Shown here in pieces: positions 50,720-64,000 of a stretch of DNA of 64,000 nt. Numbering within the stretch: position 1 is the first letter of the stretch; every line of letters starts with the position of its first letter. This DNA is from Camelus dromedarius (Eukaryota). The translations under genes were made by a program, and so were the position numbers. The DNA lies in contig NC_087436.1 of NCBI RefSeq assembly GCF_036321535.1, forward strand, positions 7,688,001 to 7,752,000, given 5' to 3'. The notes beneath the pieces were generated by a model that had not been told where the DNA came from, searched no databases, and was given only the letters and a program-made list of their open reading frames with translations.

Positions 50720-53700
50720 GTTATTCCAAGGCTGCTGAGCACACAGGTGCAGTGCCCACATAGAGCCCGTTGCCACTCATTGCTTTTCTCACTGACCCTG
50801 GGGTTTTAAGGTAAATAAGTCCTTCCTCTGATTTTGAGCTTCCACGTTCTTTGCATTTTGAAGCTCACCAGGTTTTACTTGGGATCAATTTAGATCAATT
50901 TTTAAGGTTTTATCCTTTTAGTTTAAGGCCTTGTTCTGTCTTCTTGTACTCACTTGGCACCTTCGTCTGACTTTTGAAATCAGGGTGCTCCAACTGAAAC
51001 TCACAGGACTGCAGCCCATTCTTTCAGGAACAGGGGTTGTTTCATTGGAGCTGTACCGTTAAGCCCTTGGCCTGATTCCTTCAGAATTAGGCTGTTCCCT
51101 TAAAGCTGTGCTGAGCAGCCTTCAGCCTGGCCCCTTCAGAACCAGACTGTCCCCTTAGAACTGGCTGGTACTAGACCTGCAGGTTGCTGTTTGAGTTGCA
51201 TGCTATTTAGGTTGTTGGAAAATTAGTCTTTTAATCTAGAGAAAAACCTCTGAAAATAGGATACCAGTTAGCAAAATATTTTGAGTAGTTCCCACCTACA
51301 GGAGCACCAGCTGATTTTATATTTAACAACAGTGGCTTTTCCTCATATACATTCCTAACTAAATGGCCAGAATTAATCAGAGGCAATTTGGACTCAGTGG
51401 CCATAAAAGGAATTTTTGAAATCCCCAAACTTACTTTTTTAAAAACCAGTTGTTCTACCATTGATCTAAAATTTCCCAAATTGAATGAAATACCTATTTC
51501 AATTGGTATTTTGACGCCTCTCAATGATTTCAGAAGCCTAGAATTGTCACTCCGAAAAATAAGACTTTATGATTAACTGAGGCAAAAAAAAAAAAAAATT
51601 AAAGAAAGAAAAGATGGCTTCTAAAGCCTCAGGCTTTTCTTCCCCAGCACCTTTGTCTCAGGCCCCACCTCGACACCCATTTCCTCCTTCCCTTCTCTGC
51701 AGACTACACCTCCTCTATACCCAAAGTTCCCCCATACTAATAATTCTCTCACCAAATTTTCCTCTTTCTTTGAAACTCATCTCAACCCCTTTTTCCTCTA
51801 AACCTAGTAGGATATCCTCATTTAAAATTAAGCATTCTGAGGATCCAGAGTATAAACACTTTATTTCTCATATTCCATGGACTAAGGCTGAACTGTGAAC
51901 CACATATTTTCCCAAAGTAACCCAAGATTCTCACAGATTTGCTGAGGAATTTAATATAGTCATTCAAATTATCAATCTGATTTCTCTGACTTATATCAGT
52001 GAGTTCATATGCATGTCAGTGAAGGCCAGACCCAGCATTGGATGAAACCCACTAATTTGGAAAGTCCTGGCAGGTCTCTAGAATTACGCCTGAAGACCAG
52101 CCACTAACTTATTATATGAGCAGGCTCAGGCAAGTGCTAGGCAACTTCACAGAGCAAATTCTTAGGGCTTTTCCAAAGCTTGTTAATTGGAACAAAATTC
52201 AGGTTTGCACACAAAAATCTGATGAAATCTGTTCATAATTATTATAGTCAACTTCAGATTATTATTAAAGAAAATTCTGGCCTTCCTTCAGACTTTTTCT
52301 TTCTAGTAAAAGGGACCAGGAAGGAATGTGAAATTATGTCCACTTCAGATTTATAACCATAATCTAGATGAGTCACCTCAAAGGAAAACCATCAAAAAAT
52401 TCTTAATCTTCAACTCTAGCAAAGGAAAATCTCCCAATAAAACAAAAACCCTTCTGGTTTCTGCTATTATTGCAAAGAGTCAACTTTGGAGAAGAGCTTG
52501 TTACAAAGTTAAGTGCTTTAGGCATCTTCAGCCCTCTAACCGGACTTGCCAAACTACTCTCAATTCTCAGTGATGGGATTCTGAGCAACTGAAGAGGCTT
52601 TTCCACTCTCCGCTCTTAATTGGCTTGGAGAAACATTTCTCCAGATTAGGGATGAATCTCCTCCAGTCCTAATTGACACTAGAGCCATACTCTTTGTGCT
52701 CAACCCCACTGCCATAAAACAGTTCCTGTTTCGAAGTACTGAAACAGTTCAAATGTTGGGGAATCTGTAATGAACTTCAAGAGGTTCCTCTCTGAACCTC
52801 TCCCTGTTTGCTTAGCCCCTTTGAGAGGTACTCACTCTTTCCTCCTGAGTTCCTCCACATCTATCCATTTATTAGGTGAGAATAGTATCATGGCAGAATT
52901 TTTCCCTCCCAAAAGGGGGAAATGATTCTAGGATTCGACAGTGGTCATCAAAGCAGCCAACAAGGTGAAATAAATGACCCCTTGTCATCTTTTACTAGTT
53001 CTGTCTCTGATGATACTAGAGGTGATTGTGGAAATACTGAACCTTTGCCAGTTGAATCTGCTCCCAACCTCCATATGGGCAAAATCTCCAACTAATATCA
53101 GAAAAACTCACAGCACCTCCCATCGGATTCAAATAGATCTCTCCCCAGAATTAATCACAATCTCTCCCCAGAATTAATCAATATCCTGTAATTAAAGAAG
53201 TCCTTCAAGATAAAAAGACTGTAATAGGAGATTAGGAGGTTCAAGGCTTCATTATCCCTTTTACTAATCCCTGTCACACTCCAGTTTCACCAGTGAGAAA
53301 AGCTGAAGGCTGAGATTGGAGGTTTGTCCAGGACCTCTGAGCAGTAAACAACATTGTTATTCCTGGACAGCCTATTGCTCCTAATCTCATACCCTCCTAA
53401 AATCCATTCCCACTGGAAGCAAATTACTTACAGTAATTGTTTCATGCAGCACCTTCTTCAGTGGTTTAGTTGATGAAGTTAGCCAATACCTTTTTGCCTT
53501 CACTTGGGAAGAAAACCAATCTACCTAGACAGTAATGCCTCAGGGATTTACTGAGAGTCCTTCTTATTTCTCATAAATCCTGCAGGCCGATCTGGGTGGT
53601 ATAGAGTTCCCTAGGGGTTCTCCTTTGCTGCAATATGTGGATGATTTGGTTCTTTTCTCTCCTTCTCAAGCCTCCTCACAAGAAAACAGCATCTACTTGT

Positions 53701-54990
53701 TAAAGCTTTTAGCCTTAAAGGGACATGAAGTCACCAGGGAAAAAAATTGCAATTTGTTCAAACCCACATTTGATATTTAGGGCATTTGATGTCAGAACAA
53801 GGGCTACACCCAGAGCCACATCAAATTCATGGTGTTCTAAGTTTCCCAAAACTCAAAAGTAAGTTGTAGCTGGGAGTTTTTCTCAGACTTGTTGGTTATT
53901 GCCAAAATTGAATTCCATATTTCTCCTTTATAGTCAAACCTCTATATGTTTTATTCAACAACCACAACCCCAACTCAGTTTTGTAGGAAGAACAGGACAA
54001 CATAGCCTTTGAGGTCTTAAGGGAGAGTTTGATGAAACCACCTGCCTTTGGGCTTCTGAATTATGATTCTCTTTTTCCTTTTCATGTATGAAAAGGGGGG
54101 ATGTCCTTGGGGTATTCACTCAAAAGGTGGGGACCACCATCGACTCATCGAGTATTACAGCCAATAACTGGACCCAGTGACAGGAGAAAATTTCCCTTGC
54201 CTTAGAGCCATCATCCTTTTGGTTAAGGTCACCAAGAAAATTAGTGTGGGATTCCCTGCAGCCATTTTTGTATTTCATGCAGTAGAAGTCTTCCTGAATT
54301 TCTCATAACTCTCAACAATTTTCAGTCAACCTCCGCACCTCCTAAGAAGTCCTTTTGCTAACTGCTCCTCAGATAACTCTTTTACATAGTAACTCTAACC
54401 CTAATATCCTTTTTTCTTCCCCATCACTGCTGAAGTCCTTCTCAACTGCTCAGCGCTGATGGGTCACCTCCTGACTCCTCACAGTGATCTGCGGGAGATT
54501 CCTTTGGGTAATGCCAACTTCTCACGGTTCATCGATAGTTCTTATTTAAAAGGCAATGATGCCATTGCAGTGCCTTTTGATGCTGTTAAGGCAGCAGCTT
54601 TACCTACGGCTACTTTGACCCAACAGGCTGAATTATATGCTCAGACACAGTCTTGCACTTGGTGTGCTAAACTACCAATATTTACACAGGTAGTAGATCT
54701 GCTTTCAGAATAGTTTGTGATTTTGGAACGTTGTGGAAGCAACATGGAGGGGAAATATTAATAAGGCTGTGAAAAATACCTACCTCCCTTGTCCCATTTG
54801 TCCAAAGTACAACCAGGGAAGCCTGTTTATCCTGCTCCTAGACACTTTAAACTGCCTAATGGACCCTTCAAGTTCTGGCAAATGGACTCCACACAACTTC
54901 CTCTGTCTGATGGATATAAGTATGTCTCAGTCACAATCTGTATATTGTTACACTGGACTGAGTCTTCCGTCATAGCCAGTCTCTTCTGTG
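50720..54990 (+). pseudogene. Decayed ERV1 (gammaretrovirus-like) gag-pro-pol
   Basis: Gag zinc-knuckle remnant CYYCKE..W...C (52462); protease LIDTRA (52669); RT WRFVQDL*AVN, MPQGFTESP (53535) and LQYVDD (53628); RNase H FIDSS..QQAELYA; integrase CPICPKYN...PFKFWQMD. Many stops and frameshifts; no env or 3' LTR. Confidence 0.93.
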
Positions 54991-55019
54991 GCTGAAATCT
55001 TTTTGGAAGAAAAATAAAA

Positions 55020-56575
55020 AGATACAATTTAATTATCCTATTCCACATGAGTCACACAGACCTGAGTCCCTCAACTGCTAATTTACTTGCTTTCTCTATG
55101 TATTTGTCTATTCTGGACAGTTTATTTAAGCTTGGGCCTTTGATCAATTTTGAGTTAATTTTTATACATGGGGTGAAGTAAGGGTCTAATTTTATTGAAT
55201 CGAATGTGCTTCTCCAGTTATACCAGCATTGTTTACTGAAAAAAAATATTCTTTCCCTGTTGATTTTTTGACACCCTTATCAAAAATCTGTTAACCATAG
55301 ACACGTGGATTTACTTCTGCACCTATAATTCTATTCCATTGATCTGTGTCTCTATCAATATATCAGTACCACACTGACCTGATTACTTCTGCTTTGAATT
55401 AAGTTTTGAAATCAAGAAATGTAAGTCCTCCTACTTTATCCTTTTTTTTTTTTTTTTTCAAGATTGTTTTGCTATTCTGGGTCCATTGGATTTCTGTCTG
55501 AAATTTAGAATCAGCTAGTTCATTTCTACAAATTTTTCAGGTGGGATTCTGATAAGATTTGTATCAAATCTGTACATCAACCTAGGGAATATTGTCATCT
55601 TCATAATATTAAACCTATTGATGCATAAACATGGAATATTCTTCCATTTATTTAGCTCTTCTCTAATTTTTTTCAACAGTATTTTCAAATTTCAGAACAG
55701 GTTTTGCATTTCTTTTGTTAAATTTATTCCTAAGTGTTTTATTGTTTTGATACTGTTGTAAATTGTTTTCTTAATTTCATTTTCAGATTGTTCTTTATAA
55801 ATGTATTGAAATAGAATTGAATTTTGTATATTGATCTTATGTCCTGCAAATGTGCTGAACTTATTTGTATCATCTAAACATTTGCATTGGATTTCTCAGA
55901 ATTTTCTATGTGAATAAACATATCATCTGCAACTAGAAATAACTACTTTTTTCCTTGCAAATGAATGTTTCATTGTTTTGTCTTCTTGAATGATCCTAGT
56001 TAGAACTTTCAGTATAACTTTTTGCAGAAGTAGAGAGAGCATATATCTTTTCTTTTTCCTAGTCTTAGGGAGAAAGTTCTAGTATTTCATGAAATAATGA
56101 ATTTCATTATGAAAAGATGTTGAATTTCATCAAAATCTGTTTTTGTGTGCAATGAGACAATCATATATTTTTTTAATTCTGTTGATTGCATTAGAATAAA
56201 TGATTCTTGAGAGGGGGAGGGTATAACTTAAGTGGTAAAGTGCATGCTTAGCATGAATTAGGTCCTGGGTTTAATCCGCAGGCCTTCATTAAAAAAATAA
56301 ATAAACAAATCTAATTGCCTTCCTCCCCTCCCCCCAATAAAAACAACAAAAAAGAATAAGTAGTTTTTTGATGTTCTTCCAAACTTGCATTCTGGAATAT
56401 ATCCTACTAGATCATTTTGTATAGTTATTTTTATATGCTGCTCGATGTGCTTTGCTAGTATTTTATTGAGGCTTTTTATGCCTATATTTAAAGGAGATAT
56501 TGGCTTGTAGTTATCTTTTCTTGTGGTGCCTTTGGTTTTGGTATAAGGATAATAATGACCTATACAATGAGTTAG
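55020..56575 (-). mobile_element. Old L1 fragments (ORF2)
   Basis: ttttgagttaatttttatacatggggtgaagtaagggtc...ccacactgacctgattac...ttccatttatttag is antisense L1M ORF2. Confidence 0.88.
56211..56352 (+). mobile_element. Vic-1-like SINE nested in L1
   Basis: gggtataacttaagtggtaaagtgcatgcttagcatg...gtcctgggtttaatcc, A tail, and a degenerate TSD starting agaataa. Confidence 0.9.
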
Positions 56576-57729
56576 ACCAGTTTCTTTTTCTTTAATAGGA
56601 AAGTAAACTTCATTCTATGCTGCTTTGACTGAATCTGAAAAGAAAGTAACATGAGTGCATACTATGCATTCAAATTCTTTATTTCCAAGCAAATTGTCCA
56701 TTATCAAAAGATGGCCTTCCAATTTGAACAAAAGCCAAATTCTTGCTTCGCACAAATTCTTCTACAGGTGCAAGCTATACATCTGGAGTTATGTCTTCCT
56801 TCACGTCCTTTGTTAATGCAAGTAGAAGAAAGATCAAGCACAATTTTATGTTTAAGGATTGTTCGTTTAAAGCCAAGCTACATTTCCATCTCGTAATAGA
56901 GAATCACAGCAGAATGATGTAAGTCTAAGCCTAAGTGTGGCAAGAGAGGAAAAAAAGACATATTAAATAAAGGATGCCAGAATTTTTCCCGTCTGACTTC
57001 CATGAATAAATATCAAATGCACTTTATTTTTCTTGGAGGAAAATAAAAAACGACCTTAAGTTTTGTAATTCCAATGTTTACAAGGAGTAGATGCTCATAG
57101 TTGCCAAAATTTCTATTTCTTTTCCGTCAAACAAAATGCTGAATTTTGATGTCATATATTTCTGGAAAGTATCAATATTTATTTCACAAATATATGACTG
57201 ACATCATTTTCTTTTTCCTCTAACATAGCATACTAGAAATATTTAACTCAAAGTGTTGGAAATAACAAATACTGAATATTTGTAAACTTTCCTTTTTATA
57301 CAGGCCATGTACTTGCCAAGTCAACTGTGTTAGCAGAAGAGATTTTCTGCTTAAGCGCTTCTCATTGGACAGAATTTCATCTTGATAATATGTAAGCAAT
57401 GCTCCTGAGTGGGCTAGGGGAAGTCAAGAATCAGAGTATGATTTCTTTTAATAGCAGGAGTTTCAAAATGTTATAAATGGTCATAGCTAAAAAGATGTGC
57501 TGCTTAGAAGCAGTAAAGTGAACTTCAATGTCTTGCAGATTTGCAATCACCTGGCCCATTTTTACATAATGCATGGTCCTAATTATTGAGAAATATGCAC
57601 ATGAAAAATGGAAATACATTCTAAAGATGCAGAGTGTTATATTTTTAACTATAATATTTTATTAAAATTACTTTGATTAATAAATTGGCTGGAAAAAAAT
57701 GATTGAAGTTAATGTTGCCAAAACCGTGG

Positions 57730-57882
57730 GTTTATTTATTTATTTATCTGATTTTAATTTTTAATTTTTTAAAAAAAATTTTTATTGAAGCATAGTGGAT
57801 TTACAATGTTAGTTTCAGGTGTACAGCAAAGTGATTCAGTTATACAGATACATACATGTCTATATATATTTTTTTCTTTTCA
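57730..57882 (-). mobile_element. Very short L1 3' end
   Basis: ttttattgaagcatagtggatttacaatgttagtttcaggtgtacagcaaagtgattcag. Confidence 0.8.
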
Positions 57883-58154
57883 GAATGTTATTTTTAAAGC
57901 AGTATTTTGAAAGCCTGGCAATGTCTTCCAAGGGGCAATTGATGTTGTGTCCAAGTCAATTCGAGTGAAATTTTACTCCTACCTTTTGTACCTGATCTTC
58001 TTAGAAAAGTTGAAGTATTTTTGGTTGTCTAGATGTCTCAAACTTTGCTTCAAATTATATGTATGGATGTAGCCTTTGTCTATCTGAGTTTACTACTTTC
58101 TTGGCTTTGCAGCCCTAGGAGTTTGATATGTGACATGTCCATTGCCCTAGAGTG

Positions 58155-58157
58155 TAT

Positions 58158-58208
<51 letters not shown>

Positions 58209-58209
58209 T
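58155..58209. repeat. (TTTA)n microsatellite
   Basis: Directly visible. Confidence 0.97.
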
Positions 58210-61200
58210 GATCATTGCACTTTATTTTCATTTTGACTTCTTATGATCAAAAAAGATAACCTATCTCAATTTTTAAAAAAAATTTTAAACATTTTTTTAT
58301 TGAGTTATAGTCAGTTTAGTTTTTTTTTTAATTGTTTCCAGGCTGTGGATAAATAATGTCCACACAAACAAGGCCAAGCATATATTTAATATTTAATATT
58401 GTTAAAATATATGGTTCCATAAGCTAAACATGTTATTTTCAAAAGTCTCATTAAACCACAAGGACTATAGAAATAATCTGCTTTACCTAATGCTCATAAT
58501 TTTTAAAAAAGGCTTATAGCTCTTCTTGACCTTAGTAGAATACATATTTAACAAATTTCTCTGTAAGTCTGTGTTTTTACACAAAACGGTTAGGTGTTTG
58601 AAAAGAAGGAGACTCACTCTGCATACACCATCGCTAGTACATCAGAGGACTTTTACTGGAGGGGAAAATATCTAAGTATAAACTATGAGAGGGAACAGTC
58701 ATCAAAACTAACTGCTGTGATAGAGAAGTATATTCTTATTTTATATAGCGTGTATTGGGTTGCTCTGGAAGTAATAAACACGGTTAAGTGTGGAAAAAAT
58801 GTGAGCTGTTTTGACTATGATGCCTAGCATTTATGGCCTAAAAGATAGATACATTTTTCTGCTATTTTTTTTTCCCATAGCGCGAATGGTCCATTATCAA
58901 AGAATAGTGGCTCAGCTTAAAACTAAGCCAGATTTTAGGGCTCAAATTTTTCTTTGAGTTTAGTGCCCATGATCACTCTGTTAGCTCTCCTAATTCACCC
59001 AATCCTAGGAATCTGGGAGAGAAAAGCAACAAGATTTCATATTTTTTAAAAAATAGCAAAAATAATTCTTTAAAAAGAATTCTTATTTAAGCTTTAAAAT
59101 ATGTTACCATTTATATTGTCCACAGGCTGCTCATTAATATTGTTTCCTTTTTTTCTATTTCTAGCAATTCATAAGTTTGAAACATTAGGGTGAGTATATA
59201 AAATAATTGTATATACAATATATATGTATATGTGTGTGTACCTAACATATTTTAATTCCCCACAGTGAGAGCAATGGTATGTTTTGCCATATATCACAAT
59301 ATAAAAATATTCCTTTATGTCATATATAAAAACTCTTTTTCTTAAGTGTATATGTATCATCCAAATGTTTTTCTTTGTGCTTTTTAGAAAAATGTCATAC
59401 AACTCACAGTCTGAAATGCCTGCTAAGGAGTATATTGATCCTGTATTTCCTTTCCTGGTTTCCAGGGGCTGGATGGCGCTGGAGTTTATTTGCTGTGATC
59501 TCACTTGGTAACAGTTTTCAATCCATGACAAGCGATGTAGGTATTTGCTTTGAAAGACATATACTCAATAAACAGATCTTTTAATATTTAAGCCCTAAAT
59601 GAACAAAATATTTGTGTTAGGCATGTAATTGAAGACCTAAAAGATGACAAATATGTGATGAAATATAAAGTGTTTTAACTCACTTCAGACATAGACTGGA
59701 CTCCAAGTTTCAGTTCTGGTCCAATTAGTAGATTTTATCATCTTCAAATGGGGGGTGTCATGAAAGGATGGTTAGAACACATCAAGGTAGCTAAGATAAG
59801 GAGGTTTACAACCATCATATAGTTAATCAGTACAAAGGCAATATAGAAGGATGTTTTTCTTCTACAAGTAAAAGTTGAAAGATCATAGTTTCTCCAAATG
59901 CACTGCTCTTAAAATAGTAACCCTGACTTTTATGTTCATCTGTGTGTGCCCAGCTTACCTGCACCGTAGGCCCTTTTTCTCTTGGATCATTAGCTATGGG
60001 AAAGGTGAGGCTGCAGTCTCATCTTTTTTTTCCTTTTCCAGCCATGTGTATTTGATGAATCTCTGATAACATACTATCCACCGCCCCCCAGATAAGTTAC
60101 CTCTGTTGCCAACTATTACTGGAAAGAAGAGGGAAGTATTTCATTCTGAGTGTCCATCCAAGACACAAACACCTCCTCTAGGAAATAGATCATGTAAGCT
60201 TAACTTTATTAAATAGTTCAGATATCAGACCCAAGCCATGGAGAGACAGGAGGATGCACAGCCACTTAATGACCAGATAAAAAGGCAGGAGTTCACCGTC
60301 ACCATTCGGACTGTGACTGCGCTCTGAGTCCACTCCTGCTCCTCTTGCCCCTTTCTGCTTATCACCTTCTGTTCTGTAAAGCCTTCTTCCTGCCCGAATG
60401 TATTTGGCCCACTGCTCCTACATCCCCAAATCAGCCAGTCCCTTATCCATTCCAAGTCATGTGAACTTTATCACTTCTCACCACTGTGTTCATTGGTGTT
60501 CCACCTGTCTTTCCAATGTCTATTTTTGAATAAAAAGAAGAAACATTTAAGACTTTAGAGCAGAAGCAAGCATGAGAGAATTTGGAATGATTCTCAGTTG
60601 CGGGGTTTTTTTTTTGAGATTGCTTTTTTTTTTTTCTTATATTGTCTAAGAAGCATTTACAAAAAAATCTTCTCATAAGGGCTAATTTTTTTTTTTACCT
60701 AGAGCTATAAAGTGTGCTTGCCTGCAAGAATCATGTCACTCGTGCTAGAATAACTTGGTTTTTCACATATATAAAAAAATCACTCCCTAACCTTGCCTAA
60801 TTCTATTATTTTTATTGAAGGCCACTATGCCTGATTGCTTTTTTCCAATTCTTAGATCTTGCTCTGGATATTCTATTCTATTCCATTCCAACATAGATGA
60901 AATACAGAAGGGGAGTCCTACCAATACAGGCACAATAGGCTGGATTGGACACTGTCACTTCTAAAACATCACGTCTGTATTGGAGAAGATCTACGAAGAG
61001 CTCATCATTTACATTGTCTGTTTCAGTAAAGCCTAAGAGGTTCTGATCCACTGGTCTACCTACCAGATCACCTAGGTCCACCTCTTTCTGAGATGTCCCA
61101 CATAATCCTACCATGAAGATCACAACCAATTAGACCAAGGACCAGCACTCCCCTTAGAGACAGACTTTTGTAGGCCACCTGGGAGCACCTGGGAGCTCTG

Positions 61201-61571
61201 TCCTAAAGTCTACCATTGTTCAAAATTGATCCAATCAGGCGATCTCTCTTGGGGATCTTGACTCCAAGACAGACAGAAATAATCAAATAAAAGCAACATG
61301 TGGAAGAAAAATAAAAAGACAAGAGAGAAGGCTGTCAACCAAGGGCACGGTGCTGAGAAACCACAGCTAAATCAGTAGACAGAATCACATCCTTGGTCCT
61401 GGCTCCGCACCCAAGTTTTCACTGGTTGTGACAGTTAAATCTCAATCCCTCCCAATGGCTTAGACCATAAATACAGTAAGGAAAATGTCCCTTCTGTAAT
61501 CATAAGTCTAGACGTCTGTCATGTACTGCAGAGCTTCATGGAAACATCATTGTGGAATAAAAATTCCAAAA

Positions 61572-61635
61572 GGAATGAATGAATGAATGAATGAATAGAT
61601 GAATAAATGAATAAATAAACAAACAAACAAATAAA
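61572..61635. repeat. Compound (GAAT)n(AAAT)n(AAAC)n microsatellite
   Basis: Directly visible; possibly an L2 tail remnant. Confidence 0.9.
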
Positions 61636-62789
61636 GCAGTAGACAGAAGGTAGAGTGACCCAGTAGCAAAGTACAGTCTCAACCTATTGCCATGGTCCTC
61701 AACTGGGAGTGACGAACTTTATCATAGTCCTCAGGCCTGGCTCTCTGGCTACTGAAGTTTTCCTGTTACTCCTTGCTTTCCTATGCATTTTGCTGTCATT
61801 ACCTATTACCCAGAGCAATTTAAGGTTTTTTTTTTTTTTCTCTAAAAATCAACGTAAGTCTTATTAAAACATTATTAAAATGGAGGAGAGTTTTATTGGT
61901 CTTTCAAACTAGTTTAAATAAAGGAATTGATTGATCATGAAGATAGTTTAAATAATGCTGAAACAGGTTTTATTTGTAATATGTTTTTTCCAACATAGTA
62001 ATACTGTTCAGAAATAAATAATGCAAGTGTCTTAGGAATTTGTTATGAGAAAAACAGTATTTTAACATTACAGCTTCACAGTAAGGATTATTACTGAATA
62101 TTAACTTTTTATGTGTATATAGGTTAGAATCATATAAATCCTGACTCAGAATAATTTATATTCCACATGAGTTGAAATGCAATTGAAAAAAATCTAGAAA
62201 TAATACTTTAAATAAAACCTATATGCTCAATACCTTTCTTAATTGACTACATACTTATCTATAAATCTTAATCATAGTGTTTGTTGAAACTAAAGTTGCT
62301 TAGCTCCAGAATCTACTTGTATAAACATTTATAAATTACTTTTCAAGCAGATATTTACTGTTAATGCTCTTCTCTTAGATTCATTTATCGTTGTGTGTAA
62401 GTGAACTTGAGATCAACACATTTTATGTTACAAGCCCTTGAAACAACTGGTCAAATGTGTTAACATTTTTATGAAACTTGTTAGTTGGCCTTTGAGCAAT
62501 TTATTCTAGCATTAGATGATAACGATATAAGTATTATACTTTAATCTTTATGTCTGTCTGTTTCTCATTTATTTTGTGCATTCTTGAAATTGTAAGATGC
62601 CCAAGTGACTTTTGATCAAGCAATGAACTATTTCATGGTTGGTGGTAAAGAATAAGGAAAACTCTAATCATTTTGACAATTTCATTTGAATATGCATAAT
62701 GATTGTCAAAGATTGTCTTATGTTTATAATTAATGCTTAAAGTGAGCAGAAACAACAAACAGGATGAATAAGGAAGAGGCAAAAGTGCT

Positions 62790-64000
62790 GTTTATGTCAG
62801 TTCCCTTGATTCTGGATCTATAAATAAATCCTGGTTATGAGAGAAGCAGTATCATCGATTGGATGCTGACTCAGATCACATAGAGCCTTCTGGAAAACCT
62901 TTGCCGCAGCCCCACAGGGAATTGTCACCCCCCTAGCTGGTACAATAGTTAAGCCTTACATAGGGCCCTCTGCCATTCTACTATACCAGCTACTTCAGGA
63001 TAGTGGGGAGCATGGTGATATCATTGTATCCGCAAGCACAGCGCCACCATGCACTTCATTAGCTGTGAAGGGAGTCCCTTGATCAGAAGCAATGCCGTGT
63101 CGAAGACCATGATGATGACCAAGTCATTTAAAAAAAATTCTTGGGTAGTAGCGTCGTCAGCAGCAATGTGTGCAGGGAAAACAAATCCATATCCAGATTG
63201 CCTGTTAGAGTGAAAACAAAATGCCGCCCTTCCATGATGGAAGTGATCCAGCGTAATCAGCCTGTCACCAGGTAGCTGGCTGACCAACCCTGGAAACAGT
63301 GCTGACTCAGGGACTCAGTGTTGGTCTGTGCCGCTGACAGATTGGGCACACAGCTGTGACAGGAACCAGATCAGCCTTGATGAGTGGAAGTCCATGCCTC
63401 TGAGTCCATGATCACCTCCATCCCTGCCACCATGGCCACTTTGTCCGTGAGTCCTTTGGGTGACGACAGGGGAGGCTGAAGAAAGGGCTGACCGGTATCC
63501 ACAGAAAAGATCATTCTATCCACTTGATCATTAAAATCCTCCCCAGCTGAGGCCACCCCTTTGGTGGGCCCTTCACCACTGTCCAAGGTTGTCCCAGGCA
63601 GGAGAAGCAGGCAGCTGTCCACATTCAGGAGGTGCCTGCATCCTATGCAGACTCATCTGTAAACCAGGCCCAAGTTTTCTCCTTCTCTGTCCCCTGATCA
63701 TAGGGAGCTCCCCATGGGGTCACAGCTGAGACTAGGGGAGGGAAGACAGAGTAGCAAGAGGGAGACCATGGACATTTGGGCCACTTTTTCATTTAACTTG
63801 CTTGTGCCTTGTGCCTTCAGGGCCTGCTCAGTCCCAACTGTATATAAACCACTTCCATTGGAAGATGGGATACTGATGTGTGCACCCAACTTTGTGGGTT
63901 GGTGGTTCCGATCACACCCAGTTCACGATGCGCAGCCCAGGTCGCGTGGTAACTTGGTGGTCCATGATGAAGCATGTCTCTACAAAAGCTCAGTAGCAGC
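62790..64000 (-). mobile_element. Decayed ERVL pol (RNase H connection and integrase), running past the window end
   Basis: Minus-strand pieces SAGEDFNDQVDRM and SGYGFVFPAH match ERVL pol/integrase AEEDFNNQVDRM and DTYSGYGFAFPA. Frameshifted. Confidence 0.88.

Noticed and set aside
59959..60118. Minus-strand exon-like unit (cttctttccag ... cag|gtaagc)
   Set aside because: No supporting partner exons or coding signal; such pairs arise by chance in 64 kb.

Overview
AT-rich mammalian genomic DNA, most likely camelid: six copies of a tRNA-Ala-derived SINE resemble the camelid Vic-1 family as I recall it. The window is mostly transposon fossils. These include L1 and L2 fragments, MIRs, Tigger1, MER63, MER81, a decayed hAT transposase, several solo LTRs, a decayed ERV1-type gag-pro-pol provirus with a tRNA-Ile PBS (49723-54990) and two ERVL remnants. 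The only plausible host coding sequence is a candidate 3' end of an unidentified + strand gene: a 12-nt micro-exon (9753-9764), a 133-nt intron and a terminal coding exon (9898-9953). The most unusual structure is a gap-free ~267-bp inverted duplication (5878-6144 / 11767-12033, ~89% identical by hand count) that brackets those exons. I cannot establish a new biological system from sequence alone. Repeat family names are from recalled consensus sequences, not database searches, and boundaries without TSDs are approximate.
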